In this document: one piece after another, positions 40,161 to 42,229 of the stretch
Position numbering within the stretch: the first letter of the stretch is position 1
How the letters are laid out: each line of letters starts with the position of its first letter
Assembly: GCA_035554335.1 (NCBI GenBank)
Contig: DATMIG010000450.1
Location: forward strand, 1-42,229
Length of the DNA stretch: 42,229 nt
Reading direction: 5' to 3'
Source: Burkholderiales bacterium
Lineage (GTDB): Bacteria; Pseudomonadota; Gammaproteobacteria; Burkholderiales; SG8-39
Position numbers and translations under genes: made by a program
The notes under the pieces: generated by a model
What the model was told of the DNA's origin: nothing
Seen by the model: only the letters and a program-made list of their open reading frames with translations
Database searches by the model: none

Positions 40161-42229
<2,069 letters not shown>

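Overview
This is a very GC-rich bacterial chromosomal segment, with third codon positions almost always G/C, and it is almost entirely coding. I call 41 CDS. I found no rRNA, tRNA, CRISPR array, transposase, integrase, phage genes or recognisable defence genes. The abundance of Bug/TctC-type binding proteins suggests a betaproteobacterial (Burkholderiales-like) origin, but that is only an inference.

Layout:
- **Left end (1-6.0 kb):** the tail of a di-haem cytochrome c peroxidase, a translationally coupled pair (secreted repeat protein plus MetA-like outer-membrane barrel), a minimal GIY-YIG-like ORF, an MFS transporter, a flavin reductase and a KefB/KefC-type K+ efflux protein.
- **6.0 kb to the right edge:** 32 minus-strand genes form an almost unbroken co-directional array, interrupted only by two plus-strand RidA genes. 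Many junctions overlap by 1-4 nt (ATGA / TGATG).
- **Content of the array:** CoA-ester metabolism (two acyl-CoA ligases, an acyl-CoA dehydrogenase, an enoyl-CoA hydratase, a citryl-CoA-lyase-like protein), redox enzymes (two OYE/FadH-like flavoproteins, a FAD oxidase, a flavin reductase, an SDR, a quinone oxidoreductase, a 2OG oxygenase), hydrolases, and one GntR regulator.
- **Transport in the array:** three uptake chemistries are present, namely two orphan Bug/TTT binding proteins, a complete Dpp/Opp-type ABC system and a TRAP system.
- **Right edge:** an aconitase / PEP-mutase-family lyase / NMT1-like / 2OG-oxygenase operon.

Most of this is ordinary accessory catabolism. The features that ordinary annotation does not explain are:
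1. A SAM-methyltransferase and a 99-aa ORF inserted inside the TRAP operon, between dctP and dctQM.
2. A perfect 23-bp-stem palindromic element that supplies the stop of one ABC permease gene and the start of the next, and is translated.
3. An internally duplicated alpha/beta hydrolase.
4. An OYE paralog that has lost one Fe-S cysteine.
5. A signal-less NMT1/THI5-fold protein coupled into the aconitase operon.

All functional calls come from motif recognition by eye. No database search was run.
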